A stretch of 64,000 bases of DNA from Moniliella sp. 'wahieum' (lineage: Eukaryota), in the NCBI GenBank assembly GCA_003971905.1, contig RSEE01000090.1:1-64000 (forward strand), read 5' to 3'. The notes below the pieces were generated by a model that saw nothing but the letters and a program-made list of their open reading frames with translations, was not told the DNA's origin and ran no database searches. A program made the position numbers and the translations under genes. The stretch's first letter is position 1. Each line of letters begins with the position of its first letter. Of this stretch, positions 21,094-35,269 are shown in pieces.

Positions 21094-23140
21094 GGGATAA
21101 GAGCAGCTGCAGGATCACAGTCTAACACCTGCGCTCGCCGTCTTCAACACCACGCATGTGTAGTAGGAACATAATAATGCGTATCATTCAGCTTACCTCT
21201 CCGTCCGTTATCGTCTTGTGAGAACATGCTGCACAGAAGCATCCGAGCACCTATCATAGATGTTGAAGCGGACAATGACTGCGACGGTCGTGGGTCTTTG
21301 AGGCGAACATAACTACCACTACCACCGTTTGTCAAGCGCACCACGGTATGCACTTTGAGAGATGATAAAGAAAAAACTATACCACGTGGGACATCATCTT
21401 CACGAGTAGACCAATTGACGTTAATGACGGATGCAGACGTTTCACGCAAGCGCAAGACAATAAGCATCGGGATGAATTTCCGTTTGTGCATTACCCTGTA
21501 CCAAAACATGAACCCCGCTTGTCGTCTCGCCCCAAAGACAGCCTAAGCAGCAGCAGATAGAGCAAGCAAGTGTTGACGTGCCTTGGCCGGCCAGACCGAC
21601 GAATACCATCTCTACTAAGGCCACATGGCTTGTCGACAATGTATCTGACCTTGACCTTCAAGGGGGTGACGTCGACGACGTTTCTTTCCTGCAGCGCGTG
21701 CACTGTTTTGTAGGTCGCAAGGGATGGGCTACTCACTAGAGTCACTGCAGTTAGGCCTGAGATCAATGAGAGGCCTGAGGGCCTGAGGCCTGATCGGCAC
21801 GCCGCCTGGGAGTCATATTGGAGTCACTTGACGCTCTTGTAGCGTGTAGCTTGAGGCTTTAAGTTTGGTTAGTCAGACTGACTTCTCAGAGTCACAGGAT
21901 GCATGACCCCACACAGCATGGACAGTGGTCTTACATTCTGAGATCTGCCAACGTCGAGCCTGCTCCAAGGGAGGGGCCAAGTCAAGCGAGTAGTACTACA
22001 CGCAGGCCTCAGGCGCTCAGGCTTGGTCACTAGTCACTAGTCACGCGACACGCGTCACGCGTCACGGCGACTACGTAGCCAGTAACCGGTAACGTGCAAC
22101 GTGTAACACCAAAGGGAACCAACCGGCTGGGGCTTGGGCGTGCCACTCTATGTACCGGAACAGCATGGCCCTGGTGTGTGGCACCACAGCCGCCCTGCCG
22201 CTTCCGTGTGGCGTGTGGGCTTGAGTACTTGAGTGCTTGAAGCTAGATTGGTTACCGAGTACTGATGAATGATTAATGATTGCCAGGAGTACTGATTGTC
22301 TGGAGCCCATCCATATTTGGCAAACTGCGACGCGTCGACTGTACACCGAAAGCCCTCGAGGCACCACATGACATGTTGCATCGACATTGGGATGGAGTTC
22401 GAAGCTGTACGTAGGCTGCACATCTCTGCGTAACCCAACGGGCAGTCCACCAGCTGCTGCACACTAATGGGATCAGAGTGCCTGACAACTGAGAACTTGA
22501 GCAGCGTGAGAAGCAGCCTGGGCATCGCGTGTGGACAGCGTGTGGACGCGCGGGGGACGGCGGAGGCCGGGGGCAAGGCGTGTGTGTGTGCGTATATGGT
22601 TGTGCGTGCGACAGGCCGCCACCTGCGGCCTCCGGTGTTAATGTTATCGCCGAGTCGGTTTCCACTGGTTATCTCGCTGACGGGGATTCCGCCTGTGCCG
22701 ATGCGGATTACGAGGATGCAGCGGATGGACCACGTGTTGTGTTTGTCAGGCAGCGAACCAGGCACGCAGCGGCTGGCACAGTGGAGGATGCGCCTCGGAC
22801 GGAGCGTCGGTCGACCAGGCTGCTGGGCTGCTACTGCTACGCCGGGCGTGTGGATGTGGTCCTATCACAATCAACCACCAAATTCCGCGGGGGTGCAAGG
22901 AGTGCAAGGGTGCAAGGGGGACGTGGACATTGGTGGACATGGCATGCATCGTTTATCACCCGCAGCATCACACATCGCCACTCGCCCTCACCATCCCCGC
23001 CGCCACCCCGTCCGGATGGGCAGCATCAGCGATCACTCAATCACCTTAATCACCACCCGCCGCCTGCATCCCGTCTTCTCGCCCGGTCGTCTGCCCCCCC
23101 CCACCACCTCCCCTCCCCCGCCCCCCCCTCGCTTGGCCGC

Positions 23141-26100
23141 ATGGAGTCTGCCATGCCCATCTCGCCTCTCGAGGCGCGGTGGCTCATGCGCTCCTTCGCC
23201 CTCCCCCTCGCCAGCCCTGCCGCGGCCAACCCACCCTGCCCGCCGCCCTCGCCGCCGCGCCCCGCCTTCGTCCCACTGGACTGAACGCACCCTCCTCGCC
23301 GTCCTGTCCAACGTCGTCCCCGCCTCCTCGTCCTCCTCTACGCCCTGGTCCTACGCCCCCGTCCAGCACGTTGTCCTGCCTGCCTGGCATCGCCTTTCTC
23401 CGCCGCTCTTTCCAGCCCTTTGTTTCCGTCGACGACATTGCCATTTCCCTCGACGCCGAGAAACGCAGTCGGGGCCAGTCCGACTCGGACGACGAAGGCA
23501 CCGACCTAGTAGACGCCCCCGCTACCGAACACACCCGCTTCTCCTGCCTCCGCTAGTGCTGCGTCCCCGCGCTGGCCTGCACCTAGCGTCACCATTGGCC
23601 TCAGCGTCGTCAGTCTCATCCACCTGGGTGTACTCTTGGCCCGCTTTGCTATGTGGCCGCAGGCCAGATGTGGGATGCGGGCGAGGAGCCATGGTCGCAA
23701 GTCGTTACCGACCTTGTTCTCGACTCGGCCGGATGGGCCTATGTGCTGGTGCGCACCCTCTTTTGCCCCCAGCCCACGCCGTCGTACGATACGCTAGCAT
23801 TGCTCTTGGTCCTCCTGGCCAGCTCGGTGGTACGCCTGCACTTGGTTTCCTTACGTGGTACGATGGGTCGGGGCTGTATGCCTCACCGGCCTGGTACGCC
23901 TCTGCGGCAACGGGCAGCATCGTGTTGTCTCTATGCTCTCTACCTCGTTTTTCCCCCGCTCTCGGTGCTTACACCACAGTTGCAAGCCGTGCTGGGATAC
24001 CGCAGCGCCCAACTCGCCCTTACCGCGCCGGCCAACCCGAACATGGACGCTTCGAAAATCACCCGCCCGAAGCATTTGCTCGTTGTGGCAGTGGTGCACG
24101 TTCCGCTGGATCGACTCGCTGCTCCAGGCGTCCAAGAAGGGCAAGATTGCCGAGGAGGATGTGTGGCGCTTGGGCGCCGACTTGAAAGCGCGCGTGTGGA
24201 TCGCAAGTGGGGTCAGCTGCAGGGCATGGGGATTGTAAGCGGATCTGGACGATGAACTCGCGCGATCTGTTGCTCGACTTGTTTGACTGTACGTTGTGCT
24301 TTCGTTTGTTTGCTTTTGTCTTTTTCTTCTGTCGGGATGCATGGAAGAGGGAAGGAAACGACTCTATTACTTCCCCCCTCTCCCTAGGTGGTAAGCACTG
24401 TGCTTTCGTATTCCAAGCCACTTGTGCTCAAACGCGTACTGGAGGGCATCGAATCCGGCAAGCGCAACTCGGATACCAACTTGGGCGTTCACGAGGTATG
24501 GATGGCGCTCGTCAAAGGTGGTTCGTACACCAGTCACGAAACGGCGTATGCGATTGCTGCGCTGGGGCTGTTGCTCGTTGCATGTGGGGCCGAGGCCGAC
24601 TTGCTGCACCTGTATGCCGGTCGTCGTGTGCGGTGCGCACGCGCGGCGAGCTGATCAGCGCCATGTTCTCCAAGGGCATGCGCTGCAAGGACATTTCGGG
24701 CGCTGTGGAGGACGCATCCAAAGATAAGGAAAAGGAGAACAAGGACAAGGATGCCACGTCGGAGACGTCATCGGACACCGACTCGACCCAGGCCGCCTCG
24801 TCGGAAGGGAAGAATGCCGAGGCCAAGGAAGACGACAAGAAGGCGTCCAAGGAGGCTGTGGAGATGAAAAAGGCAGAGCAGAACCAGAATGGTCAAGGGG
24901 TCGGGCGGGCGGTAAGCCTCATGTCGGTGGATGCGAATGGGGTGGGAATGTTCCTGTCGATGCTGTACCTGTTGTATGGCGCGCCGCTCGACTTGACCAT
25001 CTGTCTCATCATGCTCTACACGCAGTTGGGCTGGTCGGCGTTTGTAGGCTTTGCCATTGTGCCCATTGTGATTCCGATCCAGTCGGTGGTGATGGGCCAG
25101 ATGATCAAACTGTACAAGCGCACGAGCAACGTACGCGACTCGCGGATGGCGGCACTGTCCGAGCTGGTCAACAACTTGCGCTTGATCAAGCTGATCAACT
25201 GGGAGGGCAAGTTTAGTGAGCGCGTGATCAAGCTGCGCAACCAAGAACTTCGTTTGCAATTCTTGCGCTACATTGTCGGCTCCATCACAGGTCTCATTTG
25301 GGCCCTCGCACCTGCCTCCATCTCGGTGATTGGCTTTGCCTCCTACACACTCTGGTTCAAGCAACCGTTGACTGTCCCCGTCGCGTTCACCGCGCTCAAC
25401 CTGTACCAGCAACTTAACAAGCCCTTGGGCGTACTGCCCATGATGATCAACCATTCAGTCAGCATGTTTGTCTCGGCGCGTCGGATTGAACGCTTCCTCG
25501 AGTACCCCGAGGTGCCCGAAGGGGTCAGTACACTTCACCGACCAGTTACCTTGGCCAGCATGCCGTTGCGCGACAATGTCATCGCATCCAACGCGACCTT
25601 CCGCTGGCACAACACCCAGCCCCTCGACGATCCTACCCCCAAGGCCAAAGCGTCGCGCTTTGCTTCGGTCCGTAAGGTGGTTGCCAAAGCGGCCTTTTGG
25701 CGCAAATCCGCCCCGGCTCAAGAGACGGTGGCTCCGGACGCGGCCAGCAGCTCGGCTGTCAGCTCTTCCGACCTGGCTCAGACCCAGTTCACCTTGCACA
25801 ACATTACGCTTACCGTGGATGAAGGTTTGACTTTGGTGTGTGGACCGACGGGCGCGGGCAAGAGCAGTTTGCTGTCGGGTCTGTTAGGCGAGATGGATGT
25901 GGTGTCAGGCAAGTTGGTATTGGACAAGCAACCTGGCATTGTCGATCCCGTCACCGGTTTGCATGGTGGCATCTCATTTTGTGCGCAACAACCCTGGCTG
26001 CAACAAAAGAGCGTGCGGGACAACATTTTGTTCGGGGAGAAGATGGACATGGACCGGTACAAGGCCGTGTTGGAGGCGTGTGCGTTGATGCCGGACATTG

Positions 26101-28869
26101 AACTGTTTGACGATGGCGATCTGCAAGAGATTGGTGAGGGTGGCATCTCCCTCTCGGGCGGACAAAAGGCTCGGGTGGCCTTGGCACGCGCCGTGTACTC
26201 CAAAGCACGCACCGTTTTGCTCGACGATGTCTTGTCGGCCGTCGATGCGCATACGGCACAAAAGCTCGTCACCGAGTGCCTGACCGGCCCGCTGATGCGC
26301 AACCGTAGTATCTTACTCGTCACGCACCACATTGATCTCGTCCTGCCCCATGTCAAGCGGGTGATCAAGTTGGAGCGCGGTACCGTGGCTGCCATGGGCT
26401 CGGCCAGCGAGCTGGTCGCCTCGGGCGCGATCGAGGTGCATTCCAACCACGATGCCAAAGGAAAGGGAAATCGTCCGGGTCACCGCAAGGCAAGGAGAAG
26501 GATCAGGAATTGGAATCGGAGAAGGACCAGGACCAGGAACAGACCATGGGAAGGACAAAGCTCCCCAAGGCGACAAGCCGAGCAAGATCGGGCCCCTGGA
26601 TGGAAGTAAGGCGACCCACAATATTGTGGAGAAGGAGAAGGTGCGGGTGGGACGAGTCAAGAGCCACGTGTACGGCATCTACCTCCGTGCGCTGGGGTGG
26701 TGGATGATTGCCCTGGTTGGACTGGCCCTGGTTGTCACCAATGCGACGGACCGTCTTCGTCGGTTTGGCTCTCTTACTGGGCTTCCGGCGGCAGCGACTG
26801 TGGTCAGACAGGCGACTTGGCCGGCCCGATTGTCCCCCTGACAACGTCCGGGATGGTGTACCACTCGCGCTGGACCCCCCTGCTCGTCAAGGTGCTGTTG
26901 CGTTTCCACCTTCAGGTGCGGGCGATGGCGTTGGGGTGGCGGAGAAACGGTGTTGGTTGCCGCCGGCCCAGACGGCCCCCTACCCTACATGCTCATTTTT
27001 GCCCTGATTGAATTCTTTTCGTGCATCGCCTCGGTCATGGCCAACGTGCTGATGTGCATTGCGTCGCTCCGAGCTTCGCGTGCACTGTTTGTGCGGATGC
27101 TCAACTCGGTCAGCCACTCGACCACACGCTGGTTGGACAAGACCCCTTCAGGTCAGATCCTCAATCGGTTCGGAAAGGACATTGAGTCGCTCGACTCGGG
27201 TTTGCTCCAATCGGCCTCTACTGTGCTGTTCCAAGTCTTTTCCCTCATCACTGCGTTTGCCACGCTTTCGGTCTTGGTCCCGGCCTTTATGATCCCAGCA
27301 CTGGGAGTCATGTGGCTCTACTACTCACGTACGTACCATCCGCTTTGGTTTTGGTTTGCGACTGTCGACTGCCTCGGTGCCGGAACCGGAACCAGTGTCA
27401 CTGACCTTGTCTCTCTGTCTCTCTGTTTGTCTGTCCAGTCGCCAAGGTGTACGTTGCTTGCTCGCGCGACCTCCGTCGGCTCGAGTCGGCCCACCGTTCT
27501 CCATCTTTAGTGGGTATTCCGAAGCGCTCAAGGGCATTGCGACCATCCGTGCCTTCTCGGCCGAGACGCGGTTGCTGCATGAGGTGTACCACAAGGTCGA
27601 CTCGTTCTCCTCGGCGCACTTCTTTTGGTGGATGACCAACCGCTGGCTCATGTTCCGTGTAGACTTTGTCGGAGGCCTATGCGTGTTTGCTACGCAAATC
27701 CTTGCCTTGTCCGGAGCCATGTCAGCTGGCATGGCGGCAGTTGCTATCACGCAAGCTGCTAACTTCACCTTGTCGTGCTACTGGCTGTCGCGCGGCTGGG
27801 CCAACTTGGAACAGGAGTTGACGTCCATTGAGCGCGTGGTGGATTACCTCCCGCCGAAACTGCCTCAAGAACCACCGCAGGTAATTGAGGGCCACGAACC
27901 CCGGCTGCCTGGCCAAGCAGCAAGGCGACGATCCGGTTTGACGACGTGTGGTTGCGGTACGACCCGTCCTTCGACCCGGTCCTCAAGGGCGTCTCCTTTG
28001 AAATTCGACCAGGGGAGAAGGTAGGTATCGTAGGTCGCACAGGCAGTGGCAAATCGACCTGTGCTAGCAGTTTGCTCCGCTTTGTGGATCCGGACAAGGG
28101 CACCATCTCAATTGAAGGTATTGATATTCGCACGATCGGACTACGTGACCTCCGTTCTCGCATCTCATTTATCCCTCAAGACCCCGTCCTCTTCCAAGGT
28201 ACCGTCCGCGATAACCTCGATCCCTTTGATGAACATACCGATGAAGAGTGCCGCACCGTCTTGGCCCAGGTCCGACTCAGTCGCTCCCCCCTGCCAGCCA
28301 AGCTGTCTCCCGCGCGCCTACGCGCCCACCGTCCCCATCGGCAGATGGCCCGTCTGACGCAACAGCAGCAGCCGATGCGGGTGCTGCTGCGCCCACGTCG
28401 CCAGCCACGTCAGCGGTGGCAAACGTGGGTGAAGTAACGGAACTGACGCTCGAATCGGCGGTGGCCGATTCAGGGGCAACTTATCGCAAGGTCAACGGCA
28501 GTTACTCGCTATGGCCCGTGCGCTCTTATCCCACAACCAATCGTGATTGCGGACGAAGCCACTGCGAGCGTGGACTTTGGTTCGGACCGGGCCATCCAGC
28601 AGGTGATCCGTGACCGGTTCAAAGAGAACATTATGCTGGTCATTGCGCATCGCTTAACTACCATTGCGGAGTTTTCCCGTGTCATGGTCCTGGATGCTGG
28701 CAAGGTCGTCGAATTCGATACGCCCGCTCGGTTGTTGGCTAATCCGGACGGTCACTTTTATCGCATGGCTGAGCACTCGGGCGTGTTTGATACCCTGGTC
28801 CGGATGGCCCAGGCGAGCGCCATCTCGAATGAAAATGAAAATGAAAATGCCACTGCGAGCAGCAGTTGA
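23141..28869 (+). CDS. ABCC/MRP-type full-size ABC transporter (Ycf1/Ybt1-like); introns 24289-24387 and 27329-27438; many apparent frameshifts
   Basis: NBD1: GPTGAGKSS, LSGGQKARVALARA, VLLDD. NBD2: GRTGSGKS, IPQDPVLFQGTVRDNLDP, ADEATASVD, IAHRL. TMD motifs DKTPSGQILNRFGKD and RDLRRLES. The start is uncertain (ATG at 23007 or 23141). Confidence 0.95.
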
Positions 28870-29391
28870 GACCAAAACTCGGTTGCGGCGGCTGGTTTGC
28901 TTCTCGCTCGCGTTCCACCATGCATCATCTATGTCCTACTTTCCTTTTTTTTTCCCCTTTCTTCTCTTGCCCCTCGATCTCCCTTTCTCTCCTTTCTCTC
29001 CTTTCCTTTTCTCGTCTTTCTCCTTTTTTTCCTTTTCTTGACCCCCCCCTCTTCCCCCCTCTCCCCTCTCCCCTCGCCCCTCGCCCCTCGCCCTCCCCCG
29101 GTTTGCCAGGATGCACGTCCCGTTTTGTCCCCGGTTGGCTCCAAACTGAATTGCTGTTCTGTTCTGTTCTGTTATGCTCTGTTCTATGGTGTGCTGTGCT
29201 CTGCTCTGCGCGATGGGAGCGCCAGAGTGGTAAGGAGGATAGGACAGGAAGCAGTTCGTGCGTGGGTCGCTGCTTGGCGGCGGGTGGTACTACCCTCCAC
29301 CTCGATCCCTTGTACTCACCCAGTGTACGTCGACAAAGCCAACACGCCAACGCGGGTGTGGGTACGGGGGAGTGAGGACTCAACTAACAAA

Positions 29392-29463
29392 GGGCGGATA
29401 GCTCAGGGGTAGAGCGCTTGCTTAGCATGCATGAGGTCCGGGGTTCAATTCCCTGTTCGTCCA
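29392..29463 (+). tRNA. tRNA-Ala(AGC)
   Basis: GGGCGGA...TTCGTCC-A with the G3:U70 alanine identity pair. Anticodon loop TT-AGC-AT, T loop TTCAATT, followed by the TTCTTTTTT Pol III terminator. Confidence 0.95.
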
Positions 29464-29702
29464 TTCTTTTTTGTCTGCGGTGACCGATGACCGATGATCG
29501 GTGACCGAGATAGGAGTGGTAGTAACTAGTAATCACCGACAAGGACCGAGCAATTAGTAGTGGTACCTAAGTAACCCACACATCCAACCTGCCTGACGCG
29601 CGTGCGTCGGCTATTGGGGACTCGAACGAACAGCAACCGTACCCGGCACGCAACAACCATACCCGGCAACCATACCCGGCACATATCCGGTAAGCGGCAA
29701 CC

Positions 29703-30852
29703 ATGTCTGCGCCCAACGCTGTTGCAGCAGAGGCGATCGACATTCGTCCGCGTCCTGTCCCGACCGAGTACACGCAGTTGGCTTCGCTTGTCCTGGCTGC
29801 CGGCCAGCTCGTCGCGCACGCCCGCGCCTCCTGGCCGCCCGCCAAGCCGCGCCCCATCCAAGTCCAGTGCGCTAACCTCCCCTCGCAAGACCGCGCTCCC
29901 CTCGCTATTCGTACCCTCCGCGCACCCCATCACGTTTCCACTTCTGCCTCTGCTTCTGCTTCCGCTTCTGCTTCGGCTTCGGCTTCCGACCCCGACCTGG
30001 CTCGCTTCGATTGGTTTGGCAGACAAAGTGTGCGTCGCCCCCTTCCGTATGCCTTCGTTCCCGCCCTGCCCATACGCGAGCGACTGACACACCGACGACT
30101 CATGGGTGCACGGACGGACGAACGAACGAACGATCTAACCATCTGACCATCTGACTGCTGACGATCTACCCGCGTCGCCTGCATCTGTTGACAGGTCCAT
30201 TCGCGCGAAGCGTACGACACGTTACTACCGCGGTCTGCTCGTCGACCACACGCTGATGAACAGGCTACATCCACGTCCTCGAGGCGGCCATAAGCTGCTT
30301 CCTGTCCATCAGGGCACCCTCCAAGCCGACGTGTGGGGACTGACTTACCACCTTCCTTGGCCTCTCAAGCGACGCTTCTTTCTCGAACTCGTCATGACCA
30401 TTGCCCTGCCCCCACACGCCAGCCTCTAGGACCAGCACATTGGGAGCAAGTTCGTGCCTGGCTCGCGGCCGGGGCACGCGGAGGAGCCAGCAATGAGCCA
30501 GCAAATGAGCCAGCAAATGAGCCAGCAAAGGAACTGGAGCAGTCGACGGGGGAGCGCGAGGAGGCCCCGGTAAACCCCAGCTCGCTCCTTCCTCGTGATC
30601 GCTTGCCCGTATCGCTGCCGGAGGAGGCGCAGGCGCAGGCGCAGGGGGGCGGGCGAAGCAGGGTGCGCGGTCGGTACGCGAGTGTGGAGGCAGTGGTGGA
30701 GGGGCAGAGGGGACCGAGTGGTGCATGGTGACCCAATCGGATGCGGGGGGCGCGGTCAAGCCGTGGCTCGCGCACCTCTCCATGGCACGACGATTGCAGC
30801 GGACGTGCCGAGCTTTTTGCAACTGCGGCGCGGAGGCGGTAGGGCCGAGTAG
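29703..30852 (+). CDS. DUF3074-family (START-like) protein; intron 30030-30194; frameshifted
   Basis: Segments WFGRQS|VH, VWGLTYHLPWPLKRRFFLELV, VRGRYASVEAV, TQSDAGG and IAADVPSFL match motifs I recall for fungal DUF3074 proteins. Confidence 0.7.
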
Positions 30853-31204
30853 TGGATGTGGAGGAGGGAGGGGGAGGAGTAGGAGAGCAGGAGGGCAGGA
30901 GCGCGCGGCTGGGCCGAATGCATGGCGACTGCGTCCCCCGCGCCCCCGCATCCCCGCGCCCGAACACCGCGGCGGAGGTTTGGCGCCGGTCGGCCTGCAC
31001 GGAGGCAGCCAGCATAGTCCTTAGCGCGGCATGGCGCCATGTGTGGAGCGGTGTCGCGTCGGCCTCGCTTGTATTGGTTGGCTTGGGCTCGGGTAGGGCA
31101 AGAGGGCCAGTGCCGCAGCACCCGCACTGGCATTCTCCTCGCCGCCTCCTTCTCGCTCTCCTTCTTCTCTTCCTTCTCCTCCTTCTCATCCTCCTCCTCC
31201 ATCC

Positions 31205-33583
31205 ATGCGCTCCGCTCGCGCCCCCATCGACAAGCACCCTCCTTTGCTTCGCTTCGTTTCCTCCACCGCCTCCGCCATGCCCCGTCCTGCTGCGCTGCGT
31301 CTTGTAACCCCCAAGTGAGTCTCTCTCTCCCCCTCATACACCCTCCTGGGTCGTCTCCCCCTCCATCGATGTATCTATCATGCACTGCGTGTCCTAACGG
31401 CGCCTTCTCTGCCACACAGCTGCCATCACATACACGCCCATCTGCCTTGCCCGGGCCCATACTAACCCCTCGCCAACAGTAATAGTCCCACAGACCCGCG
31501 TCCGACCTCATCGCAAGCCCCCTTGGCGGCCAGCACCCAGCAGCCCTCCCTCCCCCCTCCCTCCCCTCGCCCCACAGAAACCGGCCACCTCCTCCATCAT
31601 CACACCACGTCCCCCACCCATTCCCCGTCTTTCTTCCGCAACCATCCTGCCGTCATTGGCACCTTTGTCGCCGTCGCTGTCGTGGCCATTCTCTTGGTTG
31701 CCATCAGCATCACACTATGTATCTGGCACTGCCGCAGACGCGCCCTCCATCCACACCACCCCAACACGCATCCCTTCGCTACTACCCCCCCCTGCGTCCC
31801 TCATCCAAGCGCCGCCCCTTTTACGATTCGATTTCCGACACACCGCCCCTGCCCTCACCTGCCATGCAGTCCCCCTATTCATATGCTCCCCCAGGTCTGG
31901 CCTCCGCACCGAACTATTTAGCGACACCCGATATGCCCCCCCCACCCCAGCTGCACCTGTTCCACCCCCCCCTCCCGCAATGCACCGGTCAACGCTGCAC
32001 TCGTCGCCATGGCCTTCGCACTGGACGACGCCCAACGCATTAGAGCGGCACTTCCCCCTTTCCCCTTCCACGATCGGGATGGGCTTGACCAGTCCGCTCA
32101 ACTGGCCCTGGCCTCTTCCACCCTCCTCGTCTCGACCTAGCAGCTCCCTTTCCCCGTTACCCCCCGACGACCGACCCGTGATCCTATTCTCCTCCATGGC
32201 AGCGAATGAGCTTGGTAATGAGAGTAGAGGCGGGTCCACCACAAGGAGCAGCTTCCCTCCCGTGGCTTATTCGCGGGGGAGCAGACGCCGCTCTGCCGCC
32301 CTCGCCTTGCGCCGCGGCAAAAGACTTTCTGCCTTGGTAGGCACGATTGTCAACCCGCCCGTTTGGGCTAACTCCAAGTACCAAGGGGGAAGGCAGTGCA
32401 TCCTGGCCAGCTCAAGATGCCCCGCCTCTCTCAGCAAGATCGGCAGATACACATCGGACGACCAGCAAGTCGGATACAACTCGCTCAGGTGCCAGTGCCC
32501 TGAACGTAGCCCCAGCCCACGACATCAATCCGTCGTCACGATCCAAATCGTCCCTCGGCACACCACCTTGCACCCCGCCAAGATCGAGGCCTTCACCGGC
32601 CTATATCTCTCCGACGACGAACCTCCACGGGGCCCAGATATACCCCCAACGAGAACGAGCCTGCTGGCCACCGAACCGCGCTTGCCTTGTCCCAAATATG
32701 TGCCGACGCTGCGGGGGGAAACGAAGAGGGACCCAGGGATGCAGATGGGACCTCTTCGGGTCGCTCTGTTGCCATGTATCCTACCACCCAACCGTTCGCA
32801 TTCGACATTCCTTTAAGCTCTATCGCGTACCCTGATCTGCCCCCTTCGCCACCCCCCGCGCGCGACCGGACTAAGTGTGCCATTTCGACCCACTCACCAG
32901 CTAAGAAGGCATCAGCGGTCACGGTACCTCCACCCAAGTGGGACGACGAGACGGGCGGGGGGATGGAATGGGACCGGAGCGCTCAGCCTCCTAGTGCGCT
33001 TGCGACGGGGGACAGCGATAGCCGATTTGGTCCGAGTACCCTCGGTTCGGTCCCGTCGTCCATGCCAGCCACACCGCCCACTACCACCAGCTCCGTGGGC
33101 ATGTCTTCGCGTATCGACCCGTTCCAGCACACGCCTGGCCTCCGCTTGGCCAAGCTCAGCCCTGATACCCAGGCCCATCTCACCCACTCGGCTGGGGCAT
33201 GCCACGGACATGTGCCTGGCTGATACCCAGGAAACTTTGGACGACAACGACAATGACAATGACGACAACGATGGTGGTGGTGTTGGCGTTTGCGTGACGG
33301 TGGTGTTGACGTTGACAAGGCCGATAATCGGTTTCCCGTCTCGGTTACTGCTGCTGGGAGTTCAGAGGTGGTACAGGCCCCGTCGGCATCACCGTCACCG
33401 TCGGCATCACCGTCACCGTCGTTCACATGGTACACGCGTCCACCTAACCCTTTGCCACTACGTCCGACCACGGGAGGATCTCCTACCGCCTGCCTCCTCC
33501 CCGCCTCGGCTCGCACGGGCACCCCAGAGTATACCAATGCAACCCCGTACGCGCCTTGTTCGTCACCAATACGTAATACCTAA
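31205..33583 (+). CDS. Hypothetical single-pass membrane protein with Ser/Pro-rich tail; boundaries uncertain
   Basis: SFFRNHPAVIGTFVAVAVVAILLVAISITLCIWHCRRR is a transmembrane helix plus basic stop-transfer. Probable intron starting GTGAGT at 31315. Several Pro/Ser-rich ORFs follow in shifting frames. Confidence 0.4.
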
Positions 33584-35269
33584 TACCTAGCAACCTTACT
33601 CGGCTGTGCGAAGTGGGTGTGGGGTTCTGGGTACCCTTGCGTTGGAGGGTGGGGTGGGTGGGTGAGGGTGAGGGCGTTACCCCAACCCCCATTGATTAAC
33701 GGTCAACGACCGGTAACCGACGACGGACGACCCTTCGCACCCCGACTAAGGACCATCGCCCAACGCCACACAATACATTAAATTCCAGTTATTGTGCGAT
33801 GGGGATCGCGCTGTGCTTCCCGCTTGACTTATATGTTTTCTGTTGAGGTCGGTTGCTGCTCCTCACTCCTCCCTCTGATCCCTTGCCCCTACTTCTCCTT
33901 CTTTTTGACCTTGTCCACCCGCACTATCCGCACTCTTTTGTTTCTCTTTCTTTCTTTTGTTCTTCTCCTTCTCCTTGTCCGCACGATACGATCTGTTCTA
34001 CTAGCATCAAGCGTAAGAGCAAGAGCAAGAGCAGGTTCCAAAGAGCAAGGTCTTTCCCGCGTCAAGGAATGCGATACGGTACACTGTGTACTTGGTACAC
34101 TTTGTACTTGATACACTTTGTATTTGGTACACTCCTCCGTACGGGAACCTCGTCACACTCTCCGCTAGTTCGTCCCAAGCTCTTAGTATTGCGCGGTGCT
34201 GCGGGTGGTCAAAATCCTCCCCCGAAGAGACACTCTTCAGAGATCCTGAAAGGTCCTCCGACCCCCTTTTTTGCGGACTCAAAACACGCTCTCCTATTGT
34301 GCTCACAAGCGCTCTCAGCGCTGAAAGCTGAGAACTGAGAGATGTGGGGTGAGAGGTGAGAGCTTAGAGCTGCGAGCTGCCGGCCCCAAGATCCACTAAA
34401 AGTCGGGACCACACCGTGGCCAAATACTTTGCGCGCGGCGCCAGCGGTCGTCTTTGGTCTCCTCCTCTCATCTCCTCCTCTTCTGTTCTCCTCTCCCGTC
34501 TCCCCGTCTCCCCGTCTCCTCCTTTCCTCTCCCCTCTCCCCCTCTTCCCTCCTCTCCCCCTCCTCCTCTTCCATCCTAGACTCATTTCGTCGTTTTGTCC
34601 ACTCTCTCCAATCCCTGTCGCCACTTTATCCGCTTCTCGACCGCTTTGTCCACTCCTTCCACTTCATTTCCAACATGGGTACGTGCCGTCGTGCGCGTCA
34701 TGATTCAGGTACAGTCTAGTTTGGCACGTGGGCACCGCACTGCAAGGCGCGGTGTGGTATCGTGGCCGCACTCTCTATCGATGTGCGACCTGGAGGATAG
34801 AGACGGTACGCGGTACGGTAGGTACTGATTGGTAGGTAAGTAAAAGTACTTGTAGGTAGAGAAAAAACTCCCTCGGCTTTTTGGCCCGGTTGCACCACGT
34901 GCATTAGTTTTGGACACTGTACTGGCCACGTTAGGTTTCCCCGGGTCTATAAAGAATGCTGCGGACGATGCATAGTGCATTGCGCATAGTATGTGACGCA
35001 TGGGGTTAGTAGAAGCGGGTTGCGCACGGACATCTATGTGCTAATGTGCGAGGGTGCGCTTTACGCTACGTGCCAGTCCACCGTACTTCTTTCTGAGCCT
35101 GGGCCCAGCCACAGCGAGCAGTGCCAAGAGGGATAGGATGGCATGCGTTTCGTGTTTTTTTGCGAGGGGAGGTGCGGGGGGTGAGGTGAAGTCATCATCA
35201 AGATGAGCAGCGTACGAGCACGAGTCACGAATCCACAGCACGACCCACCGGCAAACCACCAGCCTCTGC

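Noticed and set aside
22467..23140. Separate gene upstream of the ABC transporter (ORFs starting at 22467 and 22529)
   Set aside because: No recognisable motif, and it cannot be distinguished from 5' leader or chance ORFs.
34075..34145. TACACTTTGTACTTGG-like repeat followed by CTCCTCCGT, as a possible MITE end
   Set aside because: No matching inverted terminus or TSD was found in the window.
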